Positions 16,453 through 26,471 of a stretch of 64,000 nt of DNA are shown piece after piece. The stretch lies in contig JAVZZH010000001.1 of assembly GCA_038885755.1 (NCBI GenBank), positions 519,413 through 583,412 of the forward strand. Reading direction: 5' to 3'. This DNA is from Candidatus Caldarchaeum sp. GTDB taxonomy: Archaea > Thermoproteota > Nitrososphaeria_A > Caldarchaeales > Caldarchaeaceae. Numbering within the stretch: position 1 is the first letter of the stretch; every line of letters starts with the position of its first letter. The translations under genes and the position numbers were made by a program. Below the pieces are notes generated by a model. That model searched no databases. It saw only the letters and a list, made by a program, of their open reading frames with translations, and had not been told where the DNA came from.

Positions 16453-17070
16453 TCAAACCATGCTCCACATGTCCTGCAAGACGATCTTGCTGGTCTGCCT
16501 GAGAGCCATGTAGGTGGCTCCTATGACCGAGAGCGAGGTTCTCGTCTCGCCGAAGCTCTTGGTCCAGCAGTCTTTAACACCGGCGAGAGACAGTATGACT
16601 TTCTGGCTCTCTCCCGCCACGAGCCCGAGGCCTCTCGGGGCTGGCAGAATCTGTACCCTGACGCTTCCATACTTTCCCTCGGTCTTGACGAGCAGGCTGT
16701 GAGGCTCGCCGCAGGCGCACTCCCAGCTTCCGCATCCCCGCCGGACTGGGATTATGTTGAGCTTGGCGTTCCTTATCGCCTTCTCGATAGCAAGCACAAC
16801 TTGGGAAGACTTGCCCGTTCCAACGCCGACGTAGCCGTCCCTGTTGCCGACGACTACAAGGGCCTTGAACCGGGTTTTCTCGCCGGCGTCCGTCTGCCGC
16901 TGGACGAGCTTGACGTCAATCACCTCCTGCTCAAGGTTTGGGAGAAGCCTGTCGACTATCTCGGGCTCGAGGATCCGTGCGTGGCTCTCGAAGACCTGCT
17001 CTATCGATGTAATCCTTCCCTCTTCAACATACCTTCCCAGCGTCGTCTTAGGCTTCCACTCAGACACCAC
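16453..17070 (-). CDS. rps5: Ribosomal protein uS5
   Basis: VVVGNRDGYVGVGTGKS and C-terminal domain motifs. Confidence 0.9.
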   Translation of the reverse strand: MVSEWKPKTTLGRYVEEGRITSIEQVFESHARILEPEIVDRLLPNLEQEVIDVKLVQRQTDAGEKTRFKALVVVGNRDGYVGVGTGKSSQVVLAIEKAIRNAKLNIIPVRRGCGSWECACGEPHSLLVKTEGKYGSVRVQILPAPRGLGLVAGESQKVILSLAGVKDCWTKSFGETRTSLSVIGATYMALRQTSKIVLQDMWSMV

Positions 17071-17635
17071 CAGCTCCCCCCATGATCATGTCCCTGACCG
17101 TCTGAACATTCCTGTCCAGGTTTTGAATGTATTCTCCGTCCAGCTTGGAAAACTGCCTCCCTGCCGGGTTCTGCCTCGTCATCAGGTAGTAGGCGGTTAT
17201 GTGCCTCCCCAACAGGCGGTCTTCTCCGGGCAGCACCTCCTCCGACGCGGGTACTTCAAGCCCTGCGTCCAGAGCCCCCTTCAACACGGCGTACAGCCTG
17301 CTGCCCTTCACCGACCTGTAAACACCCGTGTCGAGGATTGCTCTTTCAACTTTTTTCTCCAATGCTTTCTTCCCTAGGAGGAGGCCTGTCAGGTAGGCCG
17401 CCGGCGTCGACTTGAAAGAGGCTTTCCAGCCGTAGGAGGCGAGCATGTCGGAGGAAACAGTTATCAGTGTTAGGTCGCCGCCTGCCTTCGACTTGACGAG
17501 CTGGGCGATGATTCTTCGGTTAGTCCTCCTGACAACAAGCCTTTCGACGCCCGACTTCACCAGCTTGAGCCTCTTACGGTAGTCAGTCCTCCCCTCCCTC
17601 CTTCTCCTAGGCTTGAACCTGACGAGGTAGGTCAT
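17060..17635 (-). CDS. rpl18: Ribosomal protein uL18
   Basis: RRREGRTDYRKRLKL..RLVVRRTNRRIIAQL signature. Confidence 0.9.
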   Translation of the reverse strand: MTYLVRFKPRRRREGRTDYRKRLKLVKSGVERLVVRRTNRRIIAQLVKSKAGGDLTLITVSSDMLASYGWKASFKSTPAAYLTGLLLGKKALEKKVERAILDTGVYRSVKGSRLYAVLKGALDAGLEVPASEEVLPGEDRLLGRHITAYYLMTRQNPAGRQFSKLDGEYIQNLDRNVQTVRDMIMGGAGGV

Positions 17636-18069
17636 CTCGGTGCTTCACCCATCATCTTCCTCGCTTTGATGAACTCCTTGAGAGACGCCACGGATTTAAA
17701 GTTCCCGGCCTTGACGAACCCGTACAGGATGCGGTAGTTCTCCTTCCCGATGAGCCCCTGGTCCCGGAGTTTCTTGAGGTAAGCCCTCTGGGCCCTCACC
17801 CGGCTTATCCAAAGCCTTTTCCGTGGAACTATTGAGTGCTTGGCTCCCTCCCTGCTTCCCGGGCCACGCCTCCTCCTCGGCTCAACCCTTGCCCGGCTGA
17901 CCCCTCTTTTGGGGAGCTTGACGATGGCTCCGTCCTGTATAAGCCTTCGTATCTCTGCCCGGGTGATGGCTGACTCTATGTCCTCGAGACGCTCCGGGTC
18001 GAACTTTACGCGGGAAACTCCGCATTTGAGGAGGTCGGCGGCCACTCGTTTCTGAAAGTCCAGCTTCAT
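17632..18069 (-). CDS. rpl19e: Ribosomal protein L19e
   Basis: MKLDFQKRVAADLLKCG...; typical L19e. Confidence 0.9.
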   Translation of the reverse strand: MKLDFQKRVAADLLKCGVSRVKFDPERLEDIESAITRAEIRRLIQDGAIVKLPKRGVSRARVEPRRRRGPGSREGAKHSIVPRKRLWISRVRAQRAYLKKLRDQGLIGKENYRILYGFVKAGNFKSVASLKEFIKARKMMGEAPR

Positions 18070-18455
18070 GCCTTGCTCTCCTCCGTCCTGACCGGCGGGT
18101 TCAGAACTTTAAACCCTTTCTCGACAGCCGCCTCGTAGATCTTGGACCTCAGCCTTCCTCCAAGCCTGCCCGAAAGCCTCACAGCATCCCTGTCGGGCGA
18201 TAGGTTGTCGAGCTGGGACAGGCTCGAGACAACCACGTCCCTGTAGCCTGAAGGATGCAGGCCTCTGAATGTCTTCGGCGAGCCGTAGCCGATTTTGACT
18301 AACGGCGGGGCGCCTCTCTTCTGAAGCCTCATCCTGCTGTCCTTTCCCCTAGGCCTCCTGTAGCCTGTCCGGAGCCTGACGTACCTCCAGCTCTCCTGTC
18401 TGACGAACTCCGGCGTTTTCCTCCTCTTCTTCAAGACACTGCGCGGAAGCTTCAT
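18066..18455 (-). CDS. rpl32e: Ribosomal protein L32e
   Basis: WRYVRL...RRPRG...QKRG pattern. Confidence 0.9.
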   Translation of the reverse strand: MKLPRSVLKKRRKTPEFVRQESWRYVRLRTGYRRPRGKDSRMRLQKRGAPPLVKIGYGSPKTFRGLHPSGYRDVVVSSLSQLDNLSPDRDAVRLSGRLGGRLRSKIYEAAVEKGFKVLNPPVRTEESKA

Positions 18456-18994
18456 CCACCAACCACCTTCTCAGCTAGGTAGACGCCGTCCAAGAACTTC
18501 CTCGGGTCCTTCCTTCCTATTCTTGTGGCGTTCTCGATGTTGGCGGCTGTCTGGCCGACGGCTTCCTTGTCAACCCCCGTGATCACTACGTCTTCGCCCT
18601 TCACGGAGACCTTGACGTCGCCCACTATCTTGGCCCTGCGGTCGTACCTTTCACCGAGAAAGTTGGATATGACGACTTCGTTTCCAACAACCTTGACGGT
18701 GATGGGGAAGTGGGAGGAGACAACCTTCATCTTGTACGTGTAGCCTTTCGTGACTCCCTCGACGGCGTTCTTGATGATCGAGGCCACTGTGCCGACCATG
18801 GCCCTCGACCTCCTAGACGTTCCAGGCATCCTCACCGTCACGCCGCCCGCCTCAACCTTTATTTCAGCAGGGATGTGGCTCAGGTTCTTGACGACTCTTC
18901 CTTTAGGACCTTCCACGTTCAGCAGGCCATTCTCGTACTTCACGGCCGTCTTCTCCGGTATGGCTATGAACCTCTCGATGTAATCAGTAGACAT
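18452..18994 (-). CDS. rpl6: Ribosomal protein uL6
   Basis: Two-domain L6 pattern of the right length. Confidence 0.9.
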   Translation of the reverse strand: MSTDYIERFIAIPEKTAVKYENGLLNVEGPKGRVVKNLSHIPAEIKVEAGGVTVRMPGTSRRSRAMVGTVASIIKNAVEGVTKGYTYKMKVVSSHFPITVKVVGNEVVISNFLGERYDRRAKIVGDVKVSVKGEDVVITGVDKEAVGQTAANIENATRIGRKDPRKFLDGVYLAEKVVGG

Positions 18995-19367
18995 AGCCCA
19001 GCAGCCTCCCTCCCGTGTTGAGCTTCTTCGCCTCGTCGTGGGACATCACACCCTTCGGCGTAGTGACGATGATGACGCCCACGCCTCTGCCGGGCAGGTA
19101 TTGCTGTTCGAAGAACTCGTACATGTCGGCTTTGACGTTGAGCCGGGGTCTTATGGGGCGCGACCTGTTAACCCTGCCGAGCAGCTGTACCTTGAACAAC
19201 CCGCCCCTACCGTTCTCGATGTACTCGAAAGCCCCGACGTAGCCCTTTCGCTGCAGAACCTTCAATATCTCCCCAACCAGCTTGGAGGCCTTGACAACGC
19301 ATTCATGGTTGTGAACCATCTCGTTGTTTTGAATCGTTGTGAACAGAGCGGAGACCAGGTCGGTCAT
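18984..19367 (-). CDS. rps8: Ribosomal protein uS8
   Basis: N-terminal TIQNNEMV...VVKASKL and C-terminal VIIVTTPKGVMSHDEA motifs. Confidence 0.9.
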   Translation of the reverse strand: MTDLVSALFTTIQNNEMVHNHECVVKASKLVGEILKVLQRKGYVGAFEYIENGRGGLFKVQLLGRVNRSRPIRPRLNVKADMYEFFEQQYLPGRGVGVIIVTTPKGVMSHDEAKKLNTGGRLLGYVY

Positions 19368-19377
19368 TCTTCACACC

Positions 19378-19536
19378 CTAGTCATAAACCTTGAACCCGA
19401 GCTTCGGCCCAACCTCGTTCATGCAGCGCCTGCATATCATCAAGCCGTACTTCCTGATGACGCCTACGCTGGTCCCGCACCGACGGCATACGTGAACTCC
19501 TTTCCCGAACTTCCTCGGCTTCGGCGTCTGCTTCAT
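19378..19536 (-). CDS. rps14: Ribosomal protein uS14 (type Z, zinc-binding, 52 aa)
   Basis: Hand-translated: [52 protein letters not shown], carrying a CxxC...CxxC zinc motif. ATGA overlap with the rpl5 stop; absent from the ORF track because it is under 60 aa. Confidence 0.85.
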   Translation of the reverse strand: MKQTPKPRKFGKGVHVCRRCGTSVGVIRKYGLMICRRCMNEVGPKLGFKVYD

Positions 19537-20054
19537 TCCTCAACCACCCTAGCTCCCAGAGACTTCATAAACTCTATTGCCTCCTCCCTGTTAACCTTCT
19601 GCCTACGGCCCGGCCTGGCTCTGCGGTAAGCCCTCTTGGCAACCCTGTATCCCGGCTTTACAAGATGAACCGAGACGTCCATGCCGACGATCCCCAGCTC
19701 CGGGTTATACCTCGTTCCAGGTATGTCGAGATGTTCATGTATGCCGAAAGAGACGTTGCCGTGGTCGTCGAAGCTCGAGGCCTTGAGCGTGTTGTTCACA
19801 GCTGCGAGAGCCTTCTTCAAAAACTCGTAGGCAGCTTGCTTGCGTAGCGTGACCCTGACCGCTATCGGCTCCCCTTTGTGTATGCCGAATCCTCGGACGG
19901 TTTTCTTCGCTTTCCTCACCTCGGGCTTCTGCCCGACCAGCTGCTCGATTATCTTCTGAGCCTTCTCGAGCTTTACGCCGCCCTCTCCGACGCTGCAGTT
20001 TATGACGACCTTCTCTATGCGTGGGGTTGTGATCGCTATGGCAGCGTTATCCAC
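19533..20054 (-). CDS. rpl5: Ribosomal protein uL5
   Basis: [14 protein letters not shown]...TLRK pattern. Confidence 0.9.
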   Translation of the reverse strand: MDNAAIAITTPRIEKVVINCSVGEGGVKLEKAQKIIEQLVGQKPEVRKAKKTVRGFGIHKGEPIAVRVTLRKQAAYEFLKKALAAVNNTLKASSFDDHGNVSFGIHEHLDIPGTRYNPELGIVGMDVSVHLVKPGYRVAKRAYRRARPGRRQKVNREEAIEFMKSLGARVVEE

Positions 20055-20752
20055 GGCTTTCCCACCCCTACAGGCATTATGTTCTTGAGAAGGGTTGTGA
20101 CGGGGCCTTGGCTTGTCTCGACGGTTGCCGTCGGCTTGTCGGGGTAAACCACGTCCTTCCTCACCTTGGAGACGACGCCGTGAAGACCTGCTCTCGAACC
20201 TCTAACGATGAATCCATAAACTCCCGGCTCGAGCGATGCTCTGTCAAGTATTTCCTGACTCGGAACCGATATCTTCAGGCTGTCGAGAGTCATCAAGGAC
20301 CTTCCTTTCTCAACGTCCTCCGCCTTGAACAGGATTGTCCTGCCGTCGTGCAATCCTATCGATAGCCCTCCGCCTCTTACGTGGTTTTTCCGCACTATCT
20401 GGCATACCTTAATTCCAGCCTCGTCGCCGCCCACCTTGAAAAGGCCCAAGCCCTTGCGCGGCCTCACTAAAACCCTGTAGTATTCAGCCAGTTCAGCGAC
20501 TTGAAGCACGTCCATCAGCCCAAGGGGGAACCTATGGTCTCGGACCACGCGCCCGTCTACTTGAAACTTCCCCTGATGTATGAGCTTCTTAGCTGTCCGC
20601 CCGTCCTCTGCGTAGCCTAGAATGTCTCTGACGACAATTATCAGCGGGATGGAGTTTTGACGTGGATGCCCTCCCGGGCGCGGCGAGGCTGCGAAGACCG
20701 TCGGCTTTTTCGGATAGTGGCGCGGGGCCGCCAGCGATTTCAGGTGCGTCAC
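20036..20752 (-). CDS. rps4e: Ribosomal protein S4e
   Basis: HLKSLAAPRHY...KLIHQGKFQVDGRVVRDHRFPLGLMDVL motif. Confidence 0.9.
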   Translation of the reverse strand: MTHLKSLAAPRHYPKKPTVFAASPRPGGHPRQNSIPLIIVVRDILGYAEDGRTAKKLIHQGKFQVDGRVVRDHRFPLGLMDVLQVAELAEYYRVLVRPRKGLGLFKVGGDEAGIKVCQIVRKNHVRGGGLSIGLHDGRTILFKAEDVEKGRSLMTLDSLKISVPSQEILDRASLEPGVYGFIVRGSRAGLHGVVSKVRKDVVYPDKPTATVETSQGPVTTLLKNIMPVGVGKPWITLP

Positions 20753-21117
20753 GATGCCTTCGCCTCCAGCTTCTGCTTACGGTGTTCGTCGTCTAGGTTG
20801 AGCTGGGTAAGCATGACGTTCGAGACCCTGATGGGGACGTCGATGGAGCTGCCGTCTGCTTTCTTCCTGCTCACGTTCTCGATGTAGACCATCTGCCTTT
20901 TGACGTCCACCCTCTTCACCTTACCCTCAACGCCTCTGAACACACCTTTCATAACCTTGACAGTGTCGCCAAGCCGGACTCCGAAAGACCTTCGGCCATA
21001 CTTGCTCCTGAGCTCAGGCGATAGATGAGCCCTCATGAACTTCACCAAAACATGGCGGGGTGCGTTGAACCGCCTGAGCCGTTGTTTCCGAGGTTTGCTC
21101 GAACTCATACACAACAC
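20749..21117 (-). CDS. rpl24: Ribosomal protein uL24
   Basis: KOW motif (GDTVKVMKGVFRGVEGKV). Confidence 0.9.
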   Translation of the reverse strand: MLCMSSSKPRKQRLRRFNAPRHVLVKFMRAHLSPELRSKYGRRSFGVRLGDTVKVMKGVFRGVEGKVKRVDVKRQMVYIENVSRKKADGSSIDVPIRVSNVMLTQLNLDDEHRKQKLEAKAS

Positions 21118-21552
21118 CTATATAATCATAGTCGCTGCGTTGGCTATTCTGGGCCATCTCTCAGCCGCCTCTCTTGCTACAGGGCCCTTGATCTCTGTTC
21201 CCTTCAAGTCGCCCTCAGGCGTTATGATGACGGCAGCCGTGTCCTCGAAGCTTATCCAAGTACCGTCCCGCCTCCTGTAAGGCTTCCGCTGCCTGACCAA
21301 GACCGCGTGCATAGGCTTCTTGCGCAAGTCGATGGGCCCTTTCTTGACCGTCACGCTGAGCATGTCGCCGACGCACGCCGCCGGAACACGTCTGAGCCTA
21401 GCCGTAAGCCCGTGCACTTGAATAATCTTCAAAACCTGGGCTCCGGAGTTGTCGGCGCAGTTTACGAGCGAGCCGAGCACGACTGTCCGAGGCAGGTTGG
21501 GCCTTCTTTCGAGAATGCCTACAGCTGCTACGGCTCTCGACCGCTTAGCCAT
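21118..21552 (-). CDS. rpl14: Ribosomal protein uL14
   Basis: Start at MAKRSRA; internal motif CADNSGAQVLKII. Confidence 0.9.
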   Translation of the reverse strand: MAKRSRAVAAVGILERRPNLPRTVVLGSLVNCADNSGAQVLKIIQVHGLTARLRRVPAACVGDMLSVTVKKGPIDLRKKPMHAVLVRQRKPYRRRDGTWISFEDTAAVIITPEGDLKGTEIKGPVAREAAERWPRIANAATMII

Positions 21553-21554
21553 GG

Positions 21555-21884
21555 CTACACCACCTTCTCGAGCACGACGAAGCTTACCTCCTTGCTGAGA
21601 GGCCTGCACTCGCCGATGCGGACCCTGTCCCCGACCTCGACGTCCAAGCACGGTGGAAGATGAGCCGAGATACGAGACCTCCTCCTTTCATACCTCTTGT
21701 ATTTCTTGACGTAAACCTGATACTTCTTCTCAACCACCACGGTCTTGTTCATCTTCTTCTTGACTACGACGCCCGTCTGCAGTATTCCTCTTACAGGTAG
21801 ACGCCCATGATATGGGCAGTCCTTGTCGTCGCAGGTTCTTGTAACCGGTCTGACCTGTATTCCTATGTTTCTGGCCTCGCTCAT
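21555..21884 (-). CDS. rps17: Ribosomal protein uS17
   Basis: CDDKDCPYHGRLPVRG...VVVEKKY pattern. Confidence 0.9.
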   Translation of the reverse strand: MSEARNIGIQVRPVTRTCDDKDCPYHGRLPVRGILQTGVVVKKKMNKTVVVEKKYQVYVKKYKRYERRRSRISAHLPPCLDVEVGDRVRIGECRPLSKEVSFVVLEKVV

Positions 21885-22144
21885 CTCCGCCTCTCCCTCG
21901 ACAACCTCTCGACAGGCCTTCCGACCAGTAGAGAGCCGTCGATTTTAACCTCATTAGGCTCTCCGGGGTTGAACCGGAAGACGGTCTCCTTCTTAGGTAA
22001 AGTCTTCACCCCCCAATCCGTTCGGATGGCCACGGTGTTCCGCGTCTCCTCGACAACGACTCCGCGGAAAACCACGCCGTTGTAGGATGTCTCAACCCTC
22101 CGGCCGTGCAAGAGCTGGTGTTCAACCATCCTGCTACTTGACAT
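21881..22144 (-). CDS. rnp1: RNase P protein component 1 (Rpp29/Pop4)
   Basis: Sm-like fold pattern (GRRVETSYNGVVFRGVVVEETRNTVAIRTDWGVKTLPK); conserved position between S17 and L29. Confidence 0.8.
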   Translation of the reverse strand: MSSSRMVEHQLLHGRRVETSYNGVVFRGVVVEETRNTVAIRTDWGVKTLPKKETVFRFNPGEPNEVKIDGSLLVGRPVERLSRERRR

Positions 22145-22343
22145 TCTTCTTCAACCTCCTCTCAGCCAGGATTGTGTAGGCTCTGGCTATGCTTCTACGC
22201 AGCAGGCGTGCTCTGGCGGGGTTCTGGACCGAGCCGCCGGCACCTATCTCTGTCTTGACTTTTCTGAGCTCGGTCTTGAACTCGTCGACCTTAGCCCTCA
22301 GCTCTTCGTCGCTCAGCTCCCTAAGCTCCCTGACCTCCTTCAA
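22134..22343 (-). CDS. rpl29: Ribosomal protein uL29
   Basis: ELRELSDEELRAKVDEFKTEL coiled-coil signature. Confidence 0.9.
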   Translation of the reverse strand: MKEVRELRELSDEELRAKVDEFKTELRKVKTEIGAGGSVQNPARARLLRRSIARAYTILAERRLKKNVK

Positions 22344-22935
22344 CGCTCTTCACCCTTATCTCCTCCGGAAGAGGCGCGTCGGGCGGGTAGATCAGAACCC
22401 TGACACCGAAGACGCCTGTCTTGAGCTTGACTGACGACTTGCCCTCCAGAACGTAGTCCATGGCGAGTTCGCCTGACTTGGGCATGAAGCCTTCGCTGAA
22501 CTTCTCCGTCCTAGACCTCGCGGAGGTCAGCTTGCCGCTGATGTGGACTTCAACGCCCTTGGCCCCCGCCTCCATAATTCTCCTGACGGCCCAAAACCCA
22601 ACCCTCCGGTACCTAACACCTCTCTCAAGGTCCTGCGCAATCCTCTCAGCCATCACGTAGGGGTTCAGCTCAGGCACCTCAACCTCGACAACCGTGACGA
22701 CCGGGTTCTCGACCTTGAACTGCTTCTCCAAAGCCTCGGTTATCTCCTTGATGACCTTCCCCTTCGGACCGATCACCCTGCTAGGCCTCATGGCGTAGAT
22801 GGTCACCCGTGTGCCGACAGGGGTGAGGCTGATGCTTACGCCTCCGAACAAAGCTGAACGGAGCTTTTCTCGGAGATACTCCTCTATGTCCGCTTTCTTT
22901 ATTCGTGTCTGGAGTATCTGCTTGACGATCGTCAC
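22321..22935 (-). CDS. rps3: Ribosomal protein uS3
   Basis: KH domain plus C-terminal domain (GPKGKVIKEITE..., RRVGFWAVRRIMEAGAKGVEV). Confidence 0.9.
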   Translation of the reverse strand: MTIVKQILQTRIKKADIEEYLREKLRSALFGGVSISLTPVGTRVTIYAMRPSRVIGPKGKVIKEITEALEKQFKVENPVVTVVEVEVPELNPYVMAERIAQDLERGVRYRRVGFWAVRRIMEAGAKGVEVHISGKLTSARSRTEKFSEGFMPKSGELAMDYVLEGKSSVKLKTGVFGVRVLIYPPDAPLPEEIRVKSVEGGQGA

Positions 22936-23390
22936 GCCCTGCTCACCCCCGCAAGCTCGATGTGGACGTATGTCTTGTTGTATGGGCTTGACCTTCCGAA
23001 AGCCCTCTCGATGTTCTTCCTAAGCACCCTGCCTTTATGAGAGGCTGCGTGCACGATGTAGGTTTTCTCAGGGTCGAGGCCCTTGAACTCGGCGTTGGCC
23101 TCGAGGGCGTCGACCAGCTTGAGCATGTATTTTGAAACCTTGACAGGATATCCTCCGGGGCCCCTCGTCTCCGCGTGGTGAGCCCTCTTCTTCCTGTAGC
23201 GTCCGTACCTTATCATCCTCCTACCCTTAACAACATCCTCCAGCAGCTTCCTCGCCTCTGTTATCGTAAGCCCTTTGACGGCTTCGCAGACCTCCCGAGC
23301 CCATTTCGGGGACACGTCAACCTCCCTGAGGCTAGCCCTAACCTCGTTCTCCTTCTCACCCACCTTCGACGAGTAACCCCAAGTAGGCAT
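22932..23390 (-). CDS. rpl22: Ribosomal protein uL22, first gene of the large ribosomal operon
   Basis: ITEARKLLEDVVKGRRMIRY...KYMLKLVDALEANA pattern. Confidence 0.9.
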   Translation of the reverse strand: MPTWGYSSKVGEKENEVRASLREVDVSPKWAREVCEAVKGLTITEARKLLEDVVKGRRMIRYGRYRKKRAHHAETRGPGGYPVKVSKYMLKLVDALEANAEFKGLDPEKTYIVHAASHKGRVLRKNIERAFGRSSPYNKTYVHIELAGVSRA

Positions 23391-23497
23391 GCTAGTGTCT
23401 AAACCAATCCTTCGACAGAGTCAAGTTATAAACATATCTAGACGGGCTGGCTTGAGGTGTCGCAAGGCTTAAACTACACTAGTCCGCAGAAGCGGTT

Positions 23498-24478
23498 GTG
23501 GAGGTCAGGAGAACGGTACAGTTCACGGGAGGAAGCTCCTACTCCATCACTCTCCCGAAGGAATGGGTTAGGAGGATGGGGATTAGGAAGGGGTCTATGG
23601 TGGTTTTGAAGCCTGTTGAAGACGGCTCCTTGGCTGTTTACTCTGAGAGGGAGCTTGAGCCGGAGGAGCACGAGGTGGAGATAAACCTCAGGCCCAACGT
23701 CGGACAGCTGGTCGTCGGAGCCTACCTGTACGGCTACAACCTCATTAGAATTACTTCAGCCAATCCTATGAAGGACTACGAGCTGGCTGAGATCAAGAAG
23801 GTGGTCAGAGGGCTGGCTGGTGCGGAGATAGTTGACGAGAATCCTACGAAGGTAGAGATTCAGGTTGTCCTCGACAGGCAGCTAGTTGCTCCCGAGAAGC
23901 TTCTGCGACGCCAGCAGACGCTCGTCCTAGGCATGGTTGAGAACGCCGTCGACTCATACGTGAAGAGGAACAACTCGCTCGGACGGCTCGTGGTGCAGAG
24001 GGATGAAGAGGTCGACCGGCTTTACTTCACGCTTGTGCGCATCGTGAGGTCAGCGATCATAGACCCGACGCTCGCCCGGAAGCTGGAGACCTCGCCCCTC
24101 GTCCTCATGGACCTGAGGGTCGCCGCGAAGTTCATGGAGGATGCAGGAGACCAAGCATCCGAGATAGCGAGAGAAGCTGTCAAGAACTCTAAGGAGGTTG
24201 ACGAGAAGACGCTGGAAGAGTTAAAGTCTCTCTCAAGCCTGATACTCTCGATGGGCTCCGGCCCATTAGACGCCTTATTCAGCCAAGACCTCGACAAGAT
24301 AGAAAAGATAACGAGCACGAGGGCCGAGTTCATCAAGAAAGGAGAGTCGTTCATCAGGAAAGCATCACAGTCGACAAACTCAGCCGGAGTATTCAAAGTC
24401 TACTACCATCTTTCGAAGGTCTGTGAAGACTTCGCTGACACTGCTGAGCTGGGCCTTCCATTCAAGCCCTCCCGCTAG
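23498..24478 (+). CDS. PhoU-domain protein with an N-terminal SpoVT/AbrB-like DNA-binding domain (archaeal phosphate-uptake-regulator-like)
   Basis: N-terminal swapped-hairpin pattern (VQFTGGSSYSITLPKEWVRRMGIRKGSMVVL) followed by two PhoU-like helical repeats. Confidence 0.55.
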   Translation: MEVRRTVQFTGGSSYSITLPKEWVRRMGIRKGSMVVLKPVEDGSLAVYSERELEPEEHEVEINLRPNVGQLVVGAYLYGYNLIRITSANPMKDYELAEIKKVVRGLAGAEIVDENPTKVEIQVVLDRQLVAPEKLLRRQQTLVLGMVENAVDSYVKRNNSLGRLVVQRDEEVDRLYFTLVRIVRSAIIDPTLARKLETSPLVLMDLRVAAKFMEDAGDQASEIAREAVKNSKEVDEKTLEELKSLSSLILSMGSGPLDALFSQDLDKIEKITSTRAEFIKKGESFIRKASQSTNSAGVFKVYYHLSKVCEDFADTAELGLPFKPSR

Positions 24479-24516
24479 CTTTCATGTTTAAAGCTTGCAA
24501 AAAAAGAGACTAACCC

Positions 24517-25521
24517 GTGAGCGATAAATCCACCGACCTATACGACATCACGATAATCGGTGCAGGCCCTACAGGCCTGTTCGCTGCTTTCTACGCGGCG
24601 GGAATGAGGAACATGAAAACGAAGGTCATAGAGGCGCTGGATGTTTACGGAGGCCAGCTCACCGTTCTCTACCCTGATAAATTCATCTACGACGTGGCAG
24701 GGTTTCCCAAGATTCTTGCGAAAGACCTTGCCAACCAGCTTTACATGCAGGCTACTGCCTACAAGCCGGTGATTCTGTTCTCCGAGAAGGTGTTAAACCT
24801 TACTAGGCTCGCCGACGGAGTGATTGAGCTTACAACCGACAAGGGTGTTCACTTCAGCAAAACCGTCTTGATAGCCGCCGGGCACGGAGCCTTCACTCCA
24901 AGGAAGCTCGGCAACCCCATGGTCGAGAAGTTCGACAACAGGGGAGTCTACTACTTCGTCAAGGACAAGTGGATGTTCAGGGGTAAGAGAGTGGTCATCG
25001 TCGGCGGAGGAGACTCGGCTGTCGACTGGGCTCTCAACCTCAAGGAAGTGGCTGAGGAAACTTACCTAGTCCATAGAAGAACCGAGTTCAGGGCTCATGA
25101 GGGGAGTGTGATAGAGCTTTTCCATTCACCCGTCAAGGTTCTGGTCCCGTACGAGGTCAAGGAGGCTTACGGAGACGACTGGCTGGAGGCTGTGAAAGTG
25201 GTGAACAACAAAACAGGCGAGGAGCAGGTGATCGAGTGCGACGCCTTGATTCTGCAGCTTGGACACCTCGTCGACGTATCGCTGTTCAAGAAGTGGGGCC
25301 TCGAGATGGAGGGAAACGCTATCAAGATAAACGGGCGTTGCGAAACCAACATCCCCGGCGTCTACGCCGCTGGAGACATAGCTGCTCCAACGGACTCGGT
25401 CAAGCTAGCTCTGCTGGTCGTAGGGTTTGCCCAAGCAGCTGTCGCCGTCAACGTAGCCAAGAACTACATAGACCCCAAGTCTAGCTACTTCCCGGGCCAC
25501 AGCTCTGAGAGGAGGATGTAG
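24517..25521 (+). CDS. Ferredoxin-NADP+ reductase type 2 / thioredoxin-reductase-like flavoprotein
   Basis: GTG start; two dinucleotide-binding motifs (IIGAGPTGLFAA, VVIVGGGDSAVDWA) and a C-terminal GDIA motif. Confidence 0.65.
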   Translation: MSDKSTDLYDITIIGAGPTGLFAAFYAAGMRNMKTKVIEALDVYGGQLTVLYPDKFIYDVAGFPKILAKDLANQLYMQATAYKPVILFSEKVLNLTRLADGVIELTTDKGVHFSKTVLIAAGHGAFTPRKLGNPMVEKFDNRGVYYFVKDKWMFRGKRVVIVGGGDSAVDWALNLKEVAEETYLVHRRTEFRAHEGSVIELFHSPVKVLVPYEVKEAYGDDWLEAVKVVNNKTGEEQVIECDALILQLGHLVDVSLFKKWGLEMEGNAIKINGRCETNIPGVYAAGDIAAPTDSVKLALLVVGFAQAAVAVNVAKNYIDPKSSYFPGHSSERRM

Positions 25522-25523
25522 GC

Positions 25524-26471
25524 GTGGCTCTCAGAGGATATTTGGTCGGGTCTTTCCCGAGGCCTGCCAAGCTGATCAAGCTTCTAAGAGACTATTCGAA
25601 GGGGAAGGTGGGTAGAGAGCAGGTCGAGAGTGAAGTCGACAAGACTGTCGAGATGGTCGTGAGGATTCAGGTTGAGAACAAGCTGGCTTACGTTTCCGAC
25701 GGCATGCTGCTCTGGGACGACCTCTTCAGGCCCTTCTCTACAATCGTCGACGGCGTTGAGGTTGACGGGCTGTCGAGATGGTTTGACAACAACGTCTTCT
25801 ACAAGAAGCTGGTGGTCAAGGACAGGCTCGTCCTGAAAAAGCCGCTGGGTGATATGTTCTACAAGCCTGCGGGAAACCATCCGTCCAAGCTCATCCTCCC
25901 CGACCCCTACACTGCTGCAACCCTCTCGGAGAACAACTACTACAGAAGCTTCGAAGAACTCGCCTACGACTGGGCCGAGGTAATAGGTCAGACAGCTGCG
26001 TCTGTGAAGAACGTTCAACAGCTTCAGCTCACCGCTCCCAGCCTCGTCTTCGAAAAAGTCTCAACAGATCACCTCGAGACGGCGAGGGAATGCGTGAGAA
26101 TCGTCAGGAACAAGGCGAGATGCGAGCTCCTCATTCACACGCCCTTCGGGCCTCTATCGAACGCTCTCCCCGGCATCCTAGATTTTCCCGTCGACGTCGT
26201 CGGAGTAGACCTTTTGAAGACAAGGATCAGCCATCTTTCGGAGTACAGCATCGACAAACATCTCTACCTCGGCGTGCTGGACGGCAGGAACACGCTGCCG
26301 GAGGATGTTGAAACGGTCGTCAGCACCATCGAAAACCTGTTCAGCAAAACGGGTCTGAAGAACGCCGACGTAGGGCCCACGTGCGAGCTGGAGTTCCTCC
26401 CCTTCGAACCCGCCGTTGACAAGGTTAAAAAACTCGGCGAGGTTCTTGAGAGGGCTGCGGAGAAGATATGA
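25524..26471 (+). CDS. Cobalamin-independent methionine synthase MetE, N-terminal-like domain protein (split metE, part 1)
   Basis: UroD/MetE-fold with SRWFDNNVFYKKLVV resembling the MetE KWFDTNYHY motif. No zinc-ligand Cys/His triad. Confidence 0.55.
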   Translation: MALRGYLVGSFPRPAKLIKLLRDYSKGKVGREQVESEVDKTVEMVVRIQVENKLAYVSDGMLLWDDLFRPFSTIVDGVEVDGLSRWFDNNVFYKKLVVKDRLVLKKPLGDMFYKPAGNHPSKLILPDPYTAATLSENNYYRSFEELAYDWAEVIGQTAASVKNVQQLQLTAPSLVFEKVSTDHLETARECVRIVRNKARCELLIHTPFGPLSNALPGILDFPVDVVGVDLLKTRISHLSEYSIDKHLYLGVLDGRNTLPEDVETVVSTIENLFSKTGLKNADVGPTCELEFLPFEPAVDKVKKLGEVLERAAEKI